In this document: positions 7,493 through 17,731 of the stretch, piece by piece
Numbering within the stretch: position 1 is the first letter of the stretch
Layout: the number at the start of each line of letters is the position of its first letter
Source: Alphaproteobacteria bacterium
GTDB taxonomy: Bacteria; Pseudomonadota; Alphaproteobacteria; Rs-D84
Assembly: GCA_050943575.1 (NCBI GenBank)
Contig: JBMNPL010000002.1
Coordinates: forward strand, 8,073 to 72,072
DNA: 64,000 bases
Direction: 5' to 3'
The notes under the pieces: generated by a model
Told to the model about the DNA's origin: nothing
Databases searched by the model: none
Seen by the model: only the letters and a program-made list of their open reading frames with translations
Made by a program: the position numbers and the translations under genes

Positions 7493-9717
7493 AACAAATG
7501 TCTTTTGTTATTTGCGTCTGGACCAGATACAATACCTTCACGTTCCATACGTTCAATAAAGCCCGCTGCCTTGTTATATCCCACCCCTAGTCTGCGTTGA
7601 ACATAAGATATTGTTGGTCTGTTATCACGAACAACACATTCAACTGCTTGACGATATTGATCTGCGTCTTTTGCTTCCTTGCTTGTCATCATACCTGGAA
7701 TATCTGATACATCAACATTGCCATCAATTCCACTATTGTATTCATCATTCGATTCGCCAATACCATCTATATAATCTGGGCTGCCTTGGGTACGTAAAAA
7801 ATCAGCAACCTTTTTTATTTCTTTATTTTCTATAAATGCACCATGGATTCTAATTGGAGTCCTTCCACTTTCACTAAATAACATATCACCAGCTTGTAAT
7901 AATTGTTCTGCACCCTTTTCTCCCAAGGTGGTTATAGAGTCAATATTGGAGCGCGCCTGAAAAGAAATTCGTGTTGGTAAGTTTGCCTTGATTACACCGG
8001 TGATAACAGTGGTATCGGGTCTTTGTGTTGCAATAACTATATGTATACCAGCGGCACGTGCCTTTTGTGCTAAACGTTGAATACAGGCTTCAACTTCTTT
8101 ACGTGCAACAGTCATTAAATCCCCAAACTCTTCAACAATTATCACTAAATGAGGTATATCAGATAAATCTAATTCTTGATCTTCATATTCTAATGCACCT
8201 GTTTCTGAATCTGTTCCAACTGGGACTTGCTTGATGACTTTTTCACCACGTGTACGTAATTCAGCAACTGTTTTATTATAATTTTCTAAATTTTGAACTT
8301 TTAAATCTTTTAATTTTTTATATCTATCTTCCATTTCACGGACAGCCCATTTGAGAGTATTTACCCCCATATTTGGATCTGATACAATTGGTGTAATCAG
8401 ATGTGGAATATCTTGCCACAAGGCAAAGTCTACCCCTTTGGGATCAATAATAATTAATTTACATTTATCTGGGGTAAAATGATAAACAATGGACATAATA
8501 ATAGATTGAATAAAAACCGATTTACCACTACCTGTACGTCCAGCAATTAAAAGATGCGGCATTTTTGATAAATCATAATAAACTGGAATTCCAGCGATAT
8601 TAACACCCAATGCAAGAGGAATATGATATTTAGAGTTTATAAATGCATCATCTGTTACTAATGATCGGAAACGAATTAATTGACGATTTACATTTACTAA
8701 TTCTACACCTACATAATTACTGCGTGGAATATGTGCGATACGAATACTTTCAGTCGCCATGGCGCGTGTCATATCTTTGACTGTATCGGTAATTTTAGCC
8801 ATACGTTGACCTGCATCCGGTTCAAATTCATAAAGTGTAACAATTGGTCCTGGTTTAATCCCCACAACTTTTCCATAAACATTATAATCAGCAAAATTTG
8901 TTTCCAAATTAATCGCATGACGTTTTAAATCATTTGTAATTGTTAACTTGGCAAATTCCGATAATTCTAAAAATTCTGGTGGTGGTAATTTATAAATACT
9001 GGTAGATTGTTTATTTGTTTTATCTATTTGTTTTCGTCTTGGTTTTGATGTTTTTTCTTTTTCAACCACTTCTTCTATTTCTTCAACTTCTTCTGCCTCT
9101 TCTTCTATGTCTTTAATTTTTTTATATTTAATTGGTTGTAATTTTAAAATATTTAATAATACACCCATCCATTTTTTTATTATTTGCATAAAAGCTTTTA
9201 CATCTTGCCATTTAATGTTTAAAAGAGTCCCAGCCATAAATAAAAATAAAGTAATAAAAATTATACCAAAAATAAAAGTCCACCCTTTTGCAAATATGCC
9301 AATATCGTGTGCAACTATTGCTCCAATCAAACCACCCCATGATTTAGATGGCAAAATTGTACCGAAACCAAATGAACCGATTATAGTTGTAATAAATGCG
9401 CGGATAATATTATATTCTGGGGCAAATTCTTCCCATTTTAACATCATTGAGACACCATTGCGTATTATAAAAAGAAAAACAAATAGCGCGGGTATAAAAC
9501 CAATTCCATATAAAACAAAGCCGATAAAATTACCAATTAAACTTTGACGACCAAAAGTAGATGATGTTGCAAATCCATCCAGATACGGATTATGAAAAAA
9601 CAAAGCTAAACAAAACCAAATACCAATAAACAGCAAAAGTACACCAATGCCGCGAAAAAATATGTCACGAACAATACCCCGAATTGATTCAGGTAAAAAT
9701 TTTTGCTTTTTAGCCAT
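7489..9717 (-). CDS. ftsK: DNA translocase FtsK
   Basis: 742 aa. N-terminal TM helices, Walker A GRTGSGKSV, and a C-terminal gamma winged-helix domain. Overlaps the ybeY start by 4 nt. Confidence 0.85.
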   Translation of the reverse strand: MAKKQKFLPESIRGIVRDIFFRGIGVLLLFIGIWFCLALFFHNPYLDGFATSSTFGRQSLIGNFIGFVLYGIGFIPALFVFLFIIRNGVSMMLKWEEFAPEYNIIRAFITTIIGSFGFGTILPSKSWGGLIGAIVAHDIGIFAKGWTFIFGIIFITLFLFMAGTLLNIKWQDVKAFMQIIKKWMGVLLNILKLQPIKYKKIKDIEEEAEEVEEIEEVVEKEKTSKPRRKQIDKTNKQSTSIYKLPPPEFLELSEFAKLTITNDLKRHAINLETNFADYNVYGKVVGIKPGPIVTLYEFEPDAGQRMAKITDTVKDMTRAMATESIRIAHIPRSNYVGVELVNVNRQLIRFRSLVTDDAFINSKYHIPLALGVNIAGIPVYYDLSKMPHLLIAGRTGSGKSVFIQSIIMSIVYHFTPDKCKLIIIDPKGVDFALWQDIPHLITPIVSDPNMGVNTLKWAVREMEDRYKKLKDLKVQNLENYNKTVAELRTRGEKVIKQVPVGTDSETGALEYEDQELDLSDIPHLVIIVEEFGDLMTVARKEVEACIQRLAQKARAAGIHIVIATQRPDTTVITGVIKANLPTRISFQARSNIDSITTLGEKGAEQLLQAGDMLFSESGRTPIRIHGAFIENKEIKKVADFLRTQGSPDYIDGIGESNDEYNSGIDGNVDVSDIPGMMTSKEAKDADQYRQAVECVVRDNRPTISYVQRRLGVGYNKAAGFIERMEREGIVSGPDANNKRHLL

Positions 9718-9780
9718 GTTTATATTTTATCATAAAAAGAGTAAATTTGGTTAAATAATTTAAATAAAATTTAAAAATAA

Positions 9781-9820
9781 AAAAAAATAAAAAAAATCCG
9801 CGAATTGCGGAGTTTTTATT
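9781..9820. terminator. rho-independent terminator (hairpin tccgc-gaatt-gcgga flanked by A/T runs), downstream of tatA
   Basis: Perfect 5-bp stem at 9797-9811, with an A16 run on the plus strand (a T-run for the minus-strand tatA) and a T-run on the other side. Confidence 0.5.
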
Positions 9821-10049
9821 TCTTTCTTGTTACTGCCTTTTTCTTGGGCTTGGCTGTTTGCTTAACAGCCGATTTTTTTGAATTTTTGACTGATTTTACT
9901 TCAGTTTGTTCATCATCTTTTTTTATTTCTTTTTTAAATACTTTAATTCCAGCAGCTAAATTTTTCATAACTTCTGGAATTTTAGAATGTCCAAATAAAA
10001 TTAATATTAATATTACTACTAAAAGTATTTCCCAAAAACCTGCTTTCAT
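9816..10049 (-). CDS. tatA: twin-arginine translocase subunit TatA/E
   Basis: 77 aa. N-terminal TM followed by the FGxxKIPE hinge, an amphipathic helix and a Lys-rich tail. Confidence 0.75.
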   Translation of the reverse strand: MKAGFWEILLVVILILILFGHSKIPEVMKNLAAGIKVFKKEIKKDDEQTEVKSVKNSKKSAVKQTAKPKKKAVTRKK

Positions 10050-10081
10050 TTTTTATACCTTTTTTTGTTTTTATCTATTTA

Positions 10082-10855
10082 TTATTTTGTAACATAACAA
10101 TCTAGACCATCAGATTTTGCATTTCTACAAAAACCGTTAGCATCTTGGGAATTTTGGAAACCGATTCTTAACCGATATGCCACCTTTCCATTTGATAATA
10201 CAGCCCTTTGAATTACAAAATCATGACCCGAGAATAAACTTGAATGGGTTGCAAGTAATCTTTTTTTTGATACTTCTGCACCTGAACGTGTTGCATAAGA
10301 ACCAAATTGAACATAGAAATTACTAGTTACAGATGCCTGTGGTTTAACCGATGGTTTTGATACAGGTTTTTCTGCAACAATTTTATCACCGGACGTTGAA
10401 GTTTTAGTAATTGGTCTTGGTTTCGGCGGTTCTATTTTTTGTGTATCTTTAGCCGGTGCTGACGTTGCATCTGGTTTGAACATTACATCTTTTCTTTCTT
10501 CAACCACACGAACTGGGACACCTGCTTCTGATTGGGGTTGTTCCGCAACTGTTTTATTATCAGTATCTGTTTTGATTTCTGATGTTGGTTGATCTGTTAC
10601 AACTTGTTCAGTTGTTGGTTGTTTTGACGGGGTATTTAAATCAATTTCAATAGAACTATTTTTGGCATCATGCATAACGATTCGCACAATAATATATGTA
10701 GCAAGTATAATGACTATTATTGCGGCACCGAATAATAGCCAAGGGCGACGCGGACGACTATAAGTCAGCACACCATCTTCTGGTAAATCTGGCAATTCAA
10801 GTTCATCATCTAAATCTAGTAAATCTTTATTTTCATCAGCTACTAATTCAGCCAT
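10082..10855 (-). CDS. SPOR domain-containing membrane protein (cell-division associated)
   Basis: 257 aa. Acidic N-terminus, one TM, a low-complexity linker, and a C-terminal SPOR-like domain (YVQFGSY...RLRIG...C..L...G..C). Confidence 0.6.
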   Translation of the reverse strand: MAELVADENKDLLDLDDELELPDLPEDGVLTYSRPRRPWLLFGAAIIVIILATYIIVRIVMHDAKNSSIEIDLNTPSKQPTTEQVVTDQPTSEIKTDTDNKTVAEQPQSEAGVPVRVVEERKDVMFKPDATSAPAKDTQKIEPPKPRPITKTSTSGDKIVAEKPVSKPSVKPQASVTSNFYVQFGSYATRSGAEVSKKRLLATHSSLFSGHDFVIQRAVLSNGKVAYRLRIGFQNSQDANGFCRNAKSDGLDCYVTK

Positions 10856-10940
10856 TATATGCTCCCTTAATTTTATAAATGTATTATAGCATAAAAAACG
10901 CCATTTAGCAAAATTAAAAAACTTATATTTTTAAATTTAA

Positions 10941-10964
10941 TTAAAAAATCCGGCGAATGCCGGA
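10941..10964 (-). terminator. rho-independent terminator downstream of the VirB2-like gene
   Basis: Hairpin tccggc-gaat-gccgga (10949-10964), followed on the minus strand by a T6 run. Confidence 0.5.
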
Positions 10965-10980
10965 TGTTATTTATTATTAA

Positions 10981-11319
10981 TTACCACGTACCACCTACAC
11001 AAGAGAGAAGTTTACCATTAGTTAAAAATGTAAGTATAATACCAACACTAAATAATAATGTAAATCCGACTATCATGGCGATTAAATGTTTTTTTCCATC
11101 TTCAGTCCACTTATATTCTTTTTTTATTATCGCATCCCAACCAATAGAAGCAATAACAAACGCTGCACCAACAAATGCTAGTGTTCGTAAAATATTAAAC
11201 ACACCCTTTAATTCATTTACTAATGTACATAAGCTATTTGTATCCATATCCGCATATGCGGTACTAGCGATTAAAATGGCAAACGCACCAAAACCAATTA
11301 TTCTGATTAATTTTTTCAT
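10981..11319 (-). CDS. TrbC/VirB2-like T4SS pilin family protein (putative)
   Basis: Start chosen at the second Met (MKKLIRIIGFGAFAILIASTAYA signal peptide) with RBS AAGGGAAAG. The mature part has two long hydrophobic helices separated by a short charged loop (KKEYKWTEDGKK), the VirB2/TrbC topology. Confidence 0.4.
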   Translation of the reverse strand: MKKLIRIIGFGAFAILIASTAYADMDTNSLCTLVNELKGVFNILRTLAFVGAAFVIASIGWDAIIKKEYKWTEDGKKHLIAMIVGFTLLFSVGIILTFLTNGKLLSCVGGTW

Positions 11320-11380
11320 ATCTTTCCCTTTGTTTATAAGTATATTATACCACAAAAAAACTATTCCTCCAATAATAATT

Positions 11381-11518
11381 TATTTAGGCTTATTACCAAA
11401 ATTTGGTGGGATAATCAGAGCCTGATTTTCTTTTACAATTGGTTCATATTCGCAATTGCAACATCCAGCAATCGCTATTAATCCAACTAATGTAAACAAT
11501 AAAAACATTTTTCTCATT
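11381..11518 (-). CDS. small putative lipoprotein (45 aa), not in the ORF track
   Basis: MRKMFLLFTLVGLIAIAGCCNCEYEPIVKENQALIIPPNFGNKPK: signal peptide plus lipobox IAGC. AAAAGGA RBS upstream. Confidence 0.3.
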
Positions 11519-11540
11519 TTAATCCTTTTTAAATTAAATT

Positions 11541-13274
11541 TTATTTTGGCATTTTTATAGCTTGTTCCATATCCAAAACAAAATCTGTTAATTTTTTAGT
11601 TTCTTGTTTTTCTATACCCAAACGACGCAGAGTAACTGTTTTATCTTGAACTTCTTTTTCCCCAACAATTGCTATTATCGGAGTTTTTGCCAAGGATAAT
11701 TCGCGAATTTTATAATTTACTTTCTCTGAACGAATATCTGCACGAGCGTTTACACCAACATTGCGCAATTGTTCAACTATTAATTTTGCATAATCATTAT
11801 ATTTTTCAGAAATTGGTGCAACAACAACAGGCTCTGGCGATAACCATAAAGGTAAATTACCACCTGTACTTTCAATTAATATTCCTAAAAATCTTTCTAT
11901 GGAACCCAACATCGCACGATGTAGCATAATTGGACGATGTTTCGCACCATCTTCACCTATATAAGATAAATCAAATCTTTCAGGTAAATTCATATCCAAT
12001 TGAATTGTGCCACATTGCCAAATGCGTCCAATTGAATCGCGCAAATAAATATCAATTTTTGGGCCATAAAAAGTTGCATCACCAGCCGCAATTTCATATT
12101 TGATTTTATTGCTATCCATCGCGTGCTTTAATGCACCCTCGGTTAAATCCCAAATTTTATCATCGCCAATTCTAAATTCAGATTCTTTTCTGGTTGCTAA
12201 TTTCATGCTAATATTATTAAAACCAAATTTAGAATAAATGTCTTTGATAAATTCAATAACTTTTACAACTTCATCTTCAAATTGTTCTTTGGTGCAAAAA
12301 ATATGTGCATCATCTTGAGTAAATTCACGAACGCGCATAGTACCATGCAAACCACCCGCAGCCTCGTAACGATAAACTTTACCAAATTCACTAATATACA
12401 TTGGTAAATCTTTATAAGATTTTATCCCTTGAGCAAATACTAGCATTCCACCTGGGCAACTCATGGGTTTTATACAAAATTGACGTCCATCTTCGGTTTT
12501 ACCAGAATAATTATGTTCAGCATATTTCGCCCAATGTCCCGAAGTTTCCCATAAACATCTATCCATGATTGCTGGTGTAGATATTTCTAAATATCCCACA
12601 CGTTCTTGACGCATACGAACATATTCAATTAATTTACGATAAAGTCGATAACCTTTATCATGCCAAAATACTGCACCTGGGGCATATTCTGGTTCAAAAT
12701 GGAAAAGATTCATATCACGACCAATTTTACGATGATCGCGCTTGGCGGCTTCTTCCATCATCTTTAAATATTCATCCAATTCTTCTTTACTAGCAAATGC
12801 ATCAACATATATACGTTGCAACATTTTGTTTTTAGAATCGCCTTTCCAATAAGCACCAGCAACGGAACGAATTTTAAATCCGTCACGTGGTAATTCTTTG
12901 GAATTTTCAACATGGGGACCACGACACAAATCTATAAAATCACGAAAAGTATAAATTGATAATTTTTCACCCGCTGAATCATATTCATTTAACCATTCTA
13001 TTTTATATGGTTGATTTGAAAAAATTTCTTTCGCTTGGTCCAAAGAAATTTCACGTTTTTCAAAACGTCCTGCATTTTTAATTAATTCTCGCATTTCTTT
13101 TTCAATTTTTGGAAAGTCTTCTTCTGTAATTCTGTGTTCTAAATCAAAATCATAATAAAAACCATTTTCAATTGCGGGTCCACCGCCAAATTTTACATCT
13201 GGCCAAATTTTTTGAACCGCGGCTGCCATAACATGTGCAAGCGAATGCCGAATAATTTCTATATCATAAGACAT
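11541..13274 (-). CDS. thrS: threonine--tRNA ligase (lacks N-terminal TGS domain)
   Basis: 577 aa. Begins at the editing-domain motif (RHSLAHVMAAAV), followed by the class II catalytic core and C-terminal anticodon-binding domain. Confidence 0.9.
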   Translation of the reverse strand: MSYDIEIIRHSLAHVMAAAVQKIWPDVKFGGGPAIENGFYYDFDLEHRITEEDFPKIEKEMRELIKNAGRFEKREISLDQAKEIFSNQPYKIEWLNEYDSAGEKLSIYTFRDFIDLCRGPHVENSKELPRDGFKIRSVAGAYWKGDSKNKMLQRIYVDAFASKEELDEYLKMMEEAAKRDHRKIGRDMNLFHFEPEYAPGAVFWHDKGYRLYRKLIEYVRMRQERVGYLEISTPAIMDRCLWETSGHWAKYAEHNYSGKTEDGRQFCIKPMSCPGGMLVFAQGIKSYKDLPMYISEFGKVYRYEAAGGLHGTMRVREFTQDDAHIFCTKEQFEDEVVKVIEFIKDIYSKFGFNNISMKLATRKESEFRIGDDKIWDLTEGALKHAMDSNKIKYEIAAGDATFYGPKIDIYLRDSIGRIWQCGTIQLDMNLPERFDLSYIGEDGAKHRPIMLHRAMLGSIERFLGILIESTGGNLPLWLSPEPVVVAPISEKYNDYAKLIVEQLRNVGVNARADIRSEKVNYKIRELSLAKTPIIAIVGEKEVQDKTVTLRRLGIEKQETKKLTDFVLDMEQAIKMPK

Positions 13275-13440
13275 AATAAAAACCTTTATTATTTAATTGT
13301 TAATTATTGTATATTGAAAGTGTGCAAAGTGCAATAAGATTTAGACCCCTGACGGGGTTGTGATTGTTGTAAAAAGAATAAATTTATTTTTCATAACAAT
13401 TTAACTTTAAGTTATTTATTTATATATTGCAAATATTTTT

Positions 13441-13474
13441 AATAAAAATGGGCGCTTGATTTATATTTGCGCCC
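13441..13474 (-). terminator. rho-independent terminator after the hemolysin-III gene
   Basis: Stem gggcgc/gcgccc (13450-55 and 13469-74), followed on the minus strand by a T-run. Confidence 0.45.
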
Positions 13475-13483
13475 TATTCTTAA

Positions 13484-14245
13484 TTAAAAATCTATTATTG
13501 AACCAAATAGTACTGAAAAGAAAAAACAAACACTGCCACCAATAACAAATAAATGCCAAATAGCATGAGAAAATTTTAATTTCCGCCATAAATAGAAAAT
13601 CACACCTATTGAATAAGATAGCCCGCCTGCCAACATAAACCACAAACCACGTGGCGGTACTGTTTCAATAACTTTTGGTAAAATAAATATAATAGTCCAA
13701 CCCATAATTAAATATAATGCAACAATCCATTTTGGCTGTTCTTTTGGGCGACGAAATTTCATTACAGCACCAAAAATAGTAACACCCCACAACAAACCAA
13801 AAATACTCCACCCCAAAGGTCCACGCATATTAACCAATAAAAATGGGGTATATGTTCCCGCAATTAACGCATAAATTGCAACACTATCCCAAATTTCAAA
13901 AAAACTTTCACTTTTTTGCCCAATCATTGCATGACAGAAAGTACTGCCAAAATAAAGCAAAAACATTGTTAGTCCAAAAATAGCACATGAAACAACAGCC
14001 CATGGATCACCTTTTAATACAGCGAATACACATAAAATTACTAATCCTGCAATTGCTAATCCAATACCAATACCATGTGTTAATACATCCGCAACCCATT
14101 CTGAATGAGTCGGTTCACGTTCCCAACGAAATAATCCAGTAGCACGTAAAGCACGTAATAATGCATTTGCACGTGGATGAGCTTTGATAGTTTTACTTTG
14201 TTTTTTTATTATTTTTCTCGGTTTTTTATTTTTTGTTTTTAACAT
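13484..14245 (-). CDS. hemolysin III / PAQR family membrane protein
   Basis: 253 aa with 7 predicted TM helices and conserved His motifs (HGIG, FCHA, HxxxH-like). A basic N-terminal tail overlaps the gltX end by 20 nt. Confidence 0.7.
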   Translation of the reverse strand: MLKTKNKKPRKIIKKQSKTIKAHPRANALLRALRATGLFRWEREPTHSEWVADVLTHGIGIGLAIAGLVILCVFAVLKGDPWAVVSCAIFGLTMFLLYFGSTFCHAMIGQKSESFFEIWDSVAIYALIAGTYTPFLLVNMRGPLGWSIFGLLWGVTIFGAVMKFRRPKEQPKWIVALYLIMGWTIIFILPKVIETVPPRGLWFMLAGGLSYSIGVIFYLWRKLKFSHAIWHLFVIGGSVCFFFSVLFGSIIDF

Positions 14246-15818
14246 TTTCTATCCTTTTTATTACTCGTTCTTTTCCCATAACCTGCATAATTGAATAAAG
14301 ATCTGGAGTGTTTGTGCGTCCGGTTAATGCAACACGTAAAACCATTGCAGCATCACCATTTTTAATACCCAAATTACCGGCTATATCTTTGATTTTATTC
14401 CACCAAGAATCTTTATCATCAGATATATCAAAAGTCTTTATAAATTCTGTTAAAACTTGTTCGTTTAATTCTGGAATTTTTATCTTTAAGAATTCATCAT
14501 CAAAAAAATAAGAAATTTCCCGCATTGTTTGTTCCCAAGTTATAAAATCTTTGCGAATACGTTTTGGGTCGTCTCGTTCTATAGAAAGAATTTCTTTTAA
14601 ATATTTTTGATCTTTAATTTGTTCTTTTTGATTTTCCGTGCCATATTCATTTACCCAATTAACAACACGTTGTGTTAATTCATCAATACTAATTGTCGCA
14701 ATAAATTCTTTGGACCACCATTCTAATTTTTTTATATCAAATAATGCACCACTGGTGGGCATTTTTTTAATCTTTATCGGATAATTCCAAATATTAGTTT
14801 CCGGCTTTTTTAATTTTTCTTCTTCATAACCACTGGCAATTAAATTAAATAAATATTCCAAAATCGCTTCGGCTGGCCAACCAGATGACCACCAATTAGC
14901 AACTGAAAATTCTGGGTCTTTACGTTTTGATAATTTGCGTCTATTACCGGTGTTTTCATCTATTTTATCCAATGTTGGAGTATGATAATATAATGGCACA
15001 TTCCACCCCATCATTGTGAAAAGCATAACGTGTAAAGCAGCCGTCCCAAGCCATTCTTCACCACGAACTACGTGAGTTGTTCGCATAAAATGATCATCAA
15101 CCAAATGTGCAAAATGATAAGTCGGTAAACTATCACCTGATTTAATTAAAACTTCATCTTTATTCCATTCTGGTATTGCTATGGATCCTCTTGCAACATC
15201 TTTTACAAAAACCTTTCTTGATTCATCGCCATTACAATACCATCTGATAGATGGAATTTTTCCAGCATCTAATAAAGTAATTATTTCTTGTTCACTTAAA
15301 TCCCTATCACGTGCATATTCACCATAAATACCAGTTGGTAAATTTGCTTTTTCTTGCAGTTCGCGAATATCATCCATTTCTTGCTGAGTCATAAAACATG
15401 GATATGCTAAACCTTTCTCTAATAATTCTGCAATAACAGAATGATATATTTCACGACGTTGTGATTGATAATAAGGCCCATAATTTCCACCAATGATTGG
15501 ACCTTCGTCAATATCGAGTCCTAATCTTTTTGCAACTGAATTTATAATTTCAACACCACCTTTGATAGTTCTGGCTGTATCGGTATCTTCTATACGTAAA
15601 TAAAATATACCATTTGATTGATGTGCTAATTTTTTATCAATAAGCATCCCATAAACATTTCCAATATGCATAAAACCAGTTGGGCTGGGGGCAAACCTTG
15701 TTACCATTGCACCTTCGGGTAAATTACGTGGGGGATATTTTTTTTCTAGCTCGGCAATAGTCCATTTTGCATCTGGTACTAATCGTTGTATTAAAGATTT
15801 TGATAAACCTGTTCTCAT
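14226..15818 (-). CDS. gltX: glutamate--tRNA ligase
   Basis: 530 aa with the HIGN (HIGH) and KLSKRK (KMSKS) motifs. Has an N-terminal ~37-aa extension; an alternative start is the Met at 15707. Confidence 0.85.
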   Translation of the reverse strand: MRTGLSKSLIQRLVPDAKWTIAELEKKYPPRNLPEGAMVTRFAPSPTGFMHIGNVYGMLIDKKLAHQSNGIFYLRIEDTDTARTIKGGVEIINSVAKRLGLDIDEGPIIGGNYGPYYQSQRREIYHSVIAELLEKGLAYPCFMTQQEMDDIRELQEKANLPTGIYGEYARDRDLSEQEIITLLDAGKIPSIRWYCNGDESRKVFVKDVARGSIAIPEWNKDEVLIKSGDSLPTYHFAHLVDDHFMRTTHVVRGEEWLGTAALHVMLFTMMGWNVPLYYHTPTLDKIDENTGNRRKLSKRKDPEFSVANWWSSGWPAEAILEYLFNLIASGYEEEKLKKPETNIWNYPIKIKKMPTSGALFDIKKLEWWSKEFIATISIDELTQRVVNWVNEYGTENQKEQIKDQKYLKEILSIERDDPKRIRKDFITWEQTMREISYFFDDEFLKIKIPELNEQVLTEFIKTFDISDDKDSWWNKIKDIAGNLGIKNGDAAMVLRVALTGRTNTPDLYSIMQVMGKERVIKRIENVKNKK

Positions 15819-15860
15819 TACTTATTGCCTTTTTAACCTTGGCATTTTATACTTAAATTT

Positions 15861-16490
15861 ATGGAAAAGCAAGATATCAGAACATTTGGTAGAATTCATG
15901 GAAAGCGGCTATCTGCTCGTCAACAATATTTAATTGATAATTTACTACCAACCCTGATACCTTTATTTAAAGATAATTCAGAAAAAATTCTAGAAATTGG
16001 CTTTGGTGCAGGAGAACATTTATTAAAATTAGCATCAGAAAACCCCGATAAAATTATTATTGGTGCAGAACCTTTTATAAACGGTGTTGCCAGTTTATTA
16101 TCAAAGATTACTGATAACAATAATAATATAAACTCAGAATTTAATAATATAAGAATTTGGCCAGATGATGTTAGAAAATTAATAAATAATAATGATTTTA
16201 AATTTCAACAAATATGGATTTTACATCCTGATCCGTGGCCCAAGGCACGACATGAAAAACGTAGATTATTATCCAGCGCATTTTTAAATCTTTTGTCCGC
16301 ACGCCTTGAATCAAACGGAAAAATTATAATCGGAACAGATCATTATGAATATTATGATTGGATTATAGAACAGTTACAACAAACAAAATTATCTATTATT
16401 GATGATTGTTTGCCGATTATTAAAACTAGATATCAACAAAAAAATAAAGCCGGAACAATTGTTCCAAAGTATTTAATTTTATCGCTTTAA
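15861..16490 (+). CDS. trmB: tRNA (guanine46-N7)-methyltransferase
   Basis: 209 aa. SAM-binding EIGFGAGEH and the HPDPWPKARHEKRRL motif. Confidence 0.8.
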   Translation: MEKQDIRTFGRIHGKRLSARQQYLIDNLLPTLIPLFKDNSEKILEIGFGAGEHLLKLASENPDKIIIGAEPFINGVASLLSKITDNNNNINSEFNNIRIWPDDVRKLINNNDFKFQQIWILHPDPWPKARHEKRRLLSSAFLNLLSARLESNGKIIIGTDHYEYYDWIIEQLQQTKLSIIDDCLPIIKTRYQQKNKAGTIVPKYLILSL

Positions 16491-17689
16491 CGTTTTTTAT
16501 GACTTTTTATTTTATTATAGTTTTCATTAGATTGTTTTATGGTTGTCTTTACTGCAGCAACATCAAATTTTGATTTTTTTTGAATTGTATTTTGACTTTT
16601 ATTAAAATTTTTCGAATTTTCTATTTGTTCCGATTGAATTTTATTAAAAACATCTTTGATATTATAATACACAGATTTATGTTCCGGCATTATTGATTTA
16701 GTTAATTCTAAATTAGTTGGTTTATAAAATTTTTTATTTTGTGGATCCCAATAAATTGGTGATTTTAACCATAATTTAAATGCAGCGGCAACTTTATAAT
16801 TGATAACTTTATCTTCGTTTATCATATATACATTTTGTGCTTCTAAATACCTGCGAAATTCAAATACCCCACCGACTGGTACATTCATAATATCATCAGG
16901 ATCTAAAATACCTGCGGTTAAACAAGCCTCGAACCATCTACGCCAAACCAATCCTTCGGCGCGCTTGCCACCAACACTCAGATAATTCGCCATATTCTGC
17001 CCTATTTCTGCACCTGACTTTCCATCTGACCAAGCTTTGAAAACACTACCTTGATTACCAACTGGATATTTTGTAAAAATTTCTTTTATATCATCACGAG
17101 ATGTTTTGCCTTTATCGCGACGATAAATTTCTCGCAATTTTGCCCATCTTGTATCTCTGGTTTTATCAACCTCTCCCCCAACATCAGGTTCAAACATTTT
17201 TGGACCACCATTATAAACAAACGATGCTAACCCTAAAAATTCACCTGGATCCATTTCCAAATCAAATGCGCAACAATAACAATAAAGAATATAATATGTT
17301 TCAAGTTCTTCAATATGCCAACATGCATTTTTATATGCTTCGTCTATGGACATTTTTGGTGTGTTTTTATCAACTTTTTTGCCACTTTGTAGTATAGTAC
17401 TCCCATACCCGATTGTCCAAATTCCACGCATATCTGGATACGGATTATCTTTAAAACCTTCGGGATTTGCTAGAAAACCGACAAGATATCGTGTCCAAGG
17501 ACGACATTTAATTAAAAATTCTTCATATGTATTTGCAGGTTTAATTTTCAATTTATTTTTTCTGGCTTCTTTTCGTTGTTTTTCTGTTATTTTCTGAACA
17601 GATTTAAAACCGCCATAAAGAGCAATGGATGCGCATAAAACAATAATCCATTTTTTATTTTGAATTAAAATATTTTTCAATTTATCCAT
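16487..17689 (-). CDS. membrane-anchored GH24 (T4/lambda-type) lysozyme family protein with long C-terminal extension
   Basis: 400 aa. N-terminal TM, then the catalytic motif PEGFKDNPYPDMRGIWTIGYGST (EG...Y.D..G.WTIGYG). The ~200-aa Lys/Asn-rich C-terminal tail is of unknown function. Confidence 0.6.
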   Translation of the reverse strand: MDKLKNILIQNKKWIIVLCASIALYGGFKSVQKITEKQRKEARKNKLKIKPANTYEEFLIKCRPWTRYLVGFLANPEGFKDNPYPDMRGIWTIGYGSTILQSGKKVDKNTPKMSIDEAYKNACWHIEELETYYILYCYCCAFDLEMDPGEFLGLASFVYNGGPKMFEPDVGGEVDKTRDTRWAKLREIYRRDKGKTSRDDIKEIFTKYPVGNQGSVFKAWSDGKSGAEIGQNMANYLSVGGKRAEGLVWRRWFEACLTAGILDPDDIMNVPVGGVFEFRRYLEAQNVYMINEDKVINYKVAAAFKLWLKSPIYWDPQNKKFYKPTNLELTKSIMPEHKSVYYNIKDVFNKIQSEQIENSKNFNKSQNTIQKKSKFDVAAVKTTIKQSNENYNKIKSHKKR

Positions 17690-17731
17690 TTCTTGATTTA
17701 CCTTTATTATTTGCTATTATTTTACCATAAA

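Noticed and set aside
16487-17689. Prophage remnant suggested by the T4-type lysozyme
   Set aside because: No holin, terminase, capsid, tail or integrase genes flank it. The neighbours are trmB and rarA.
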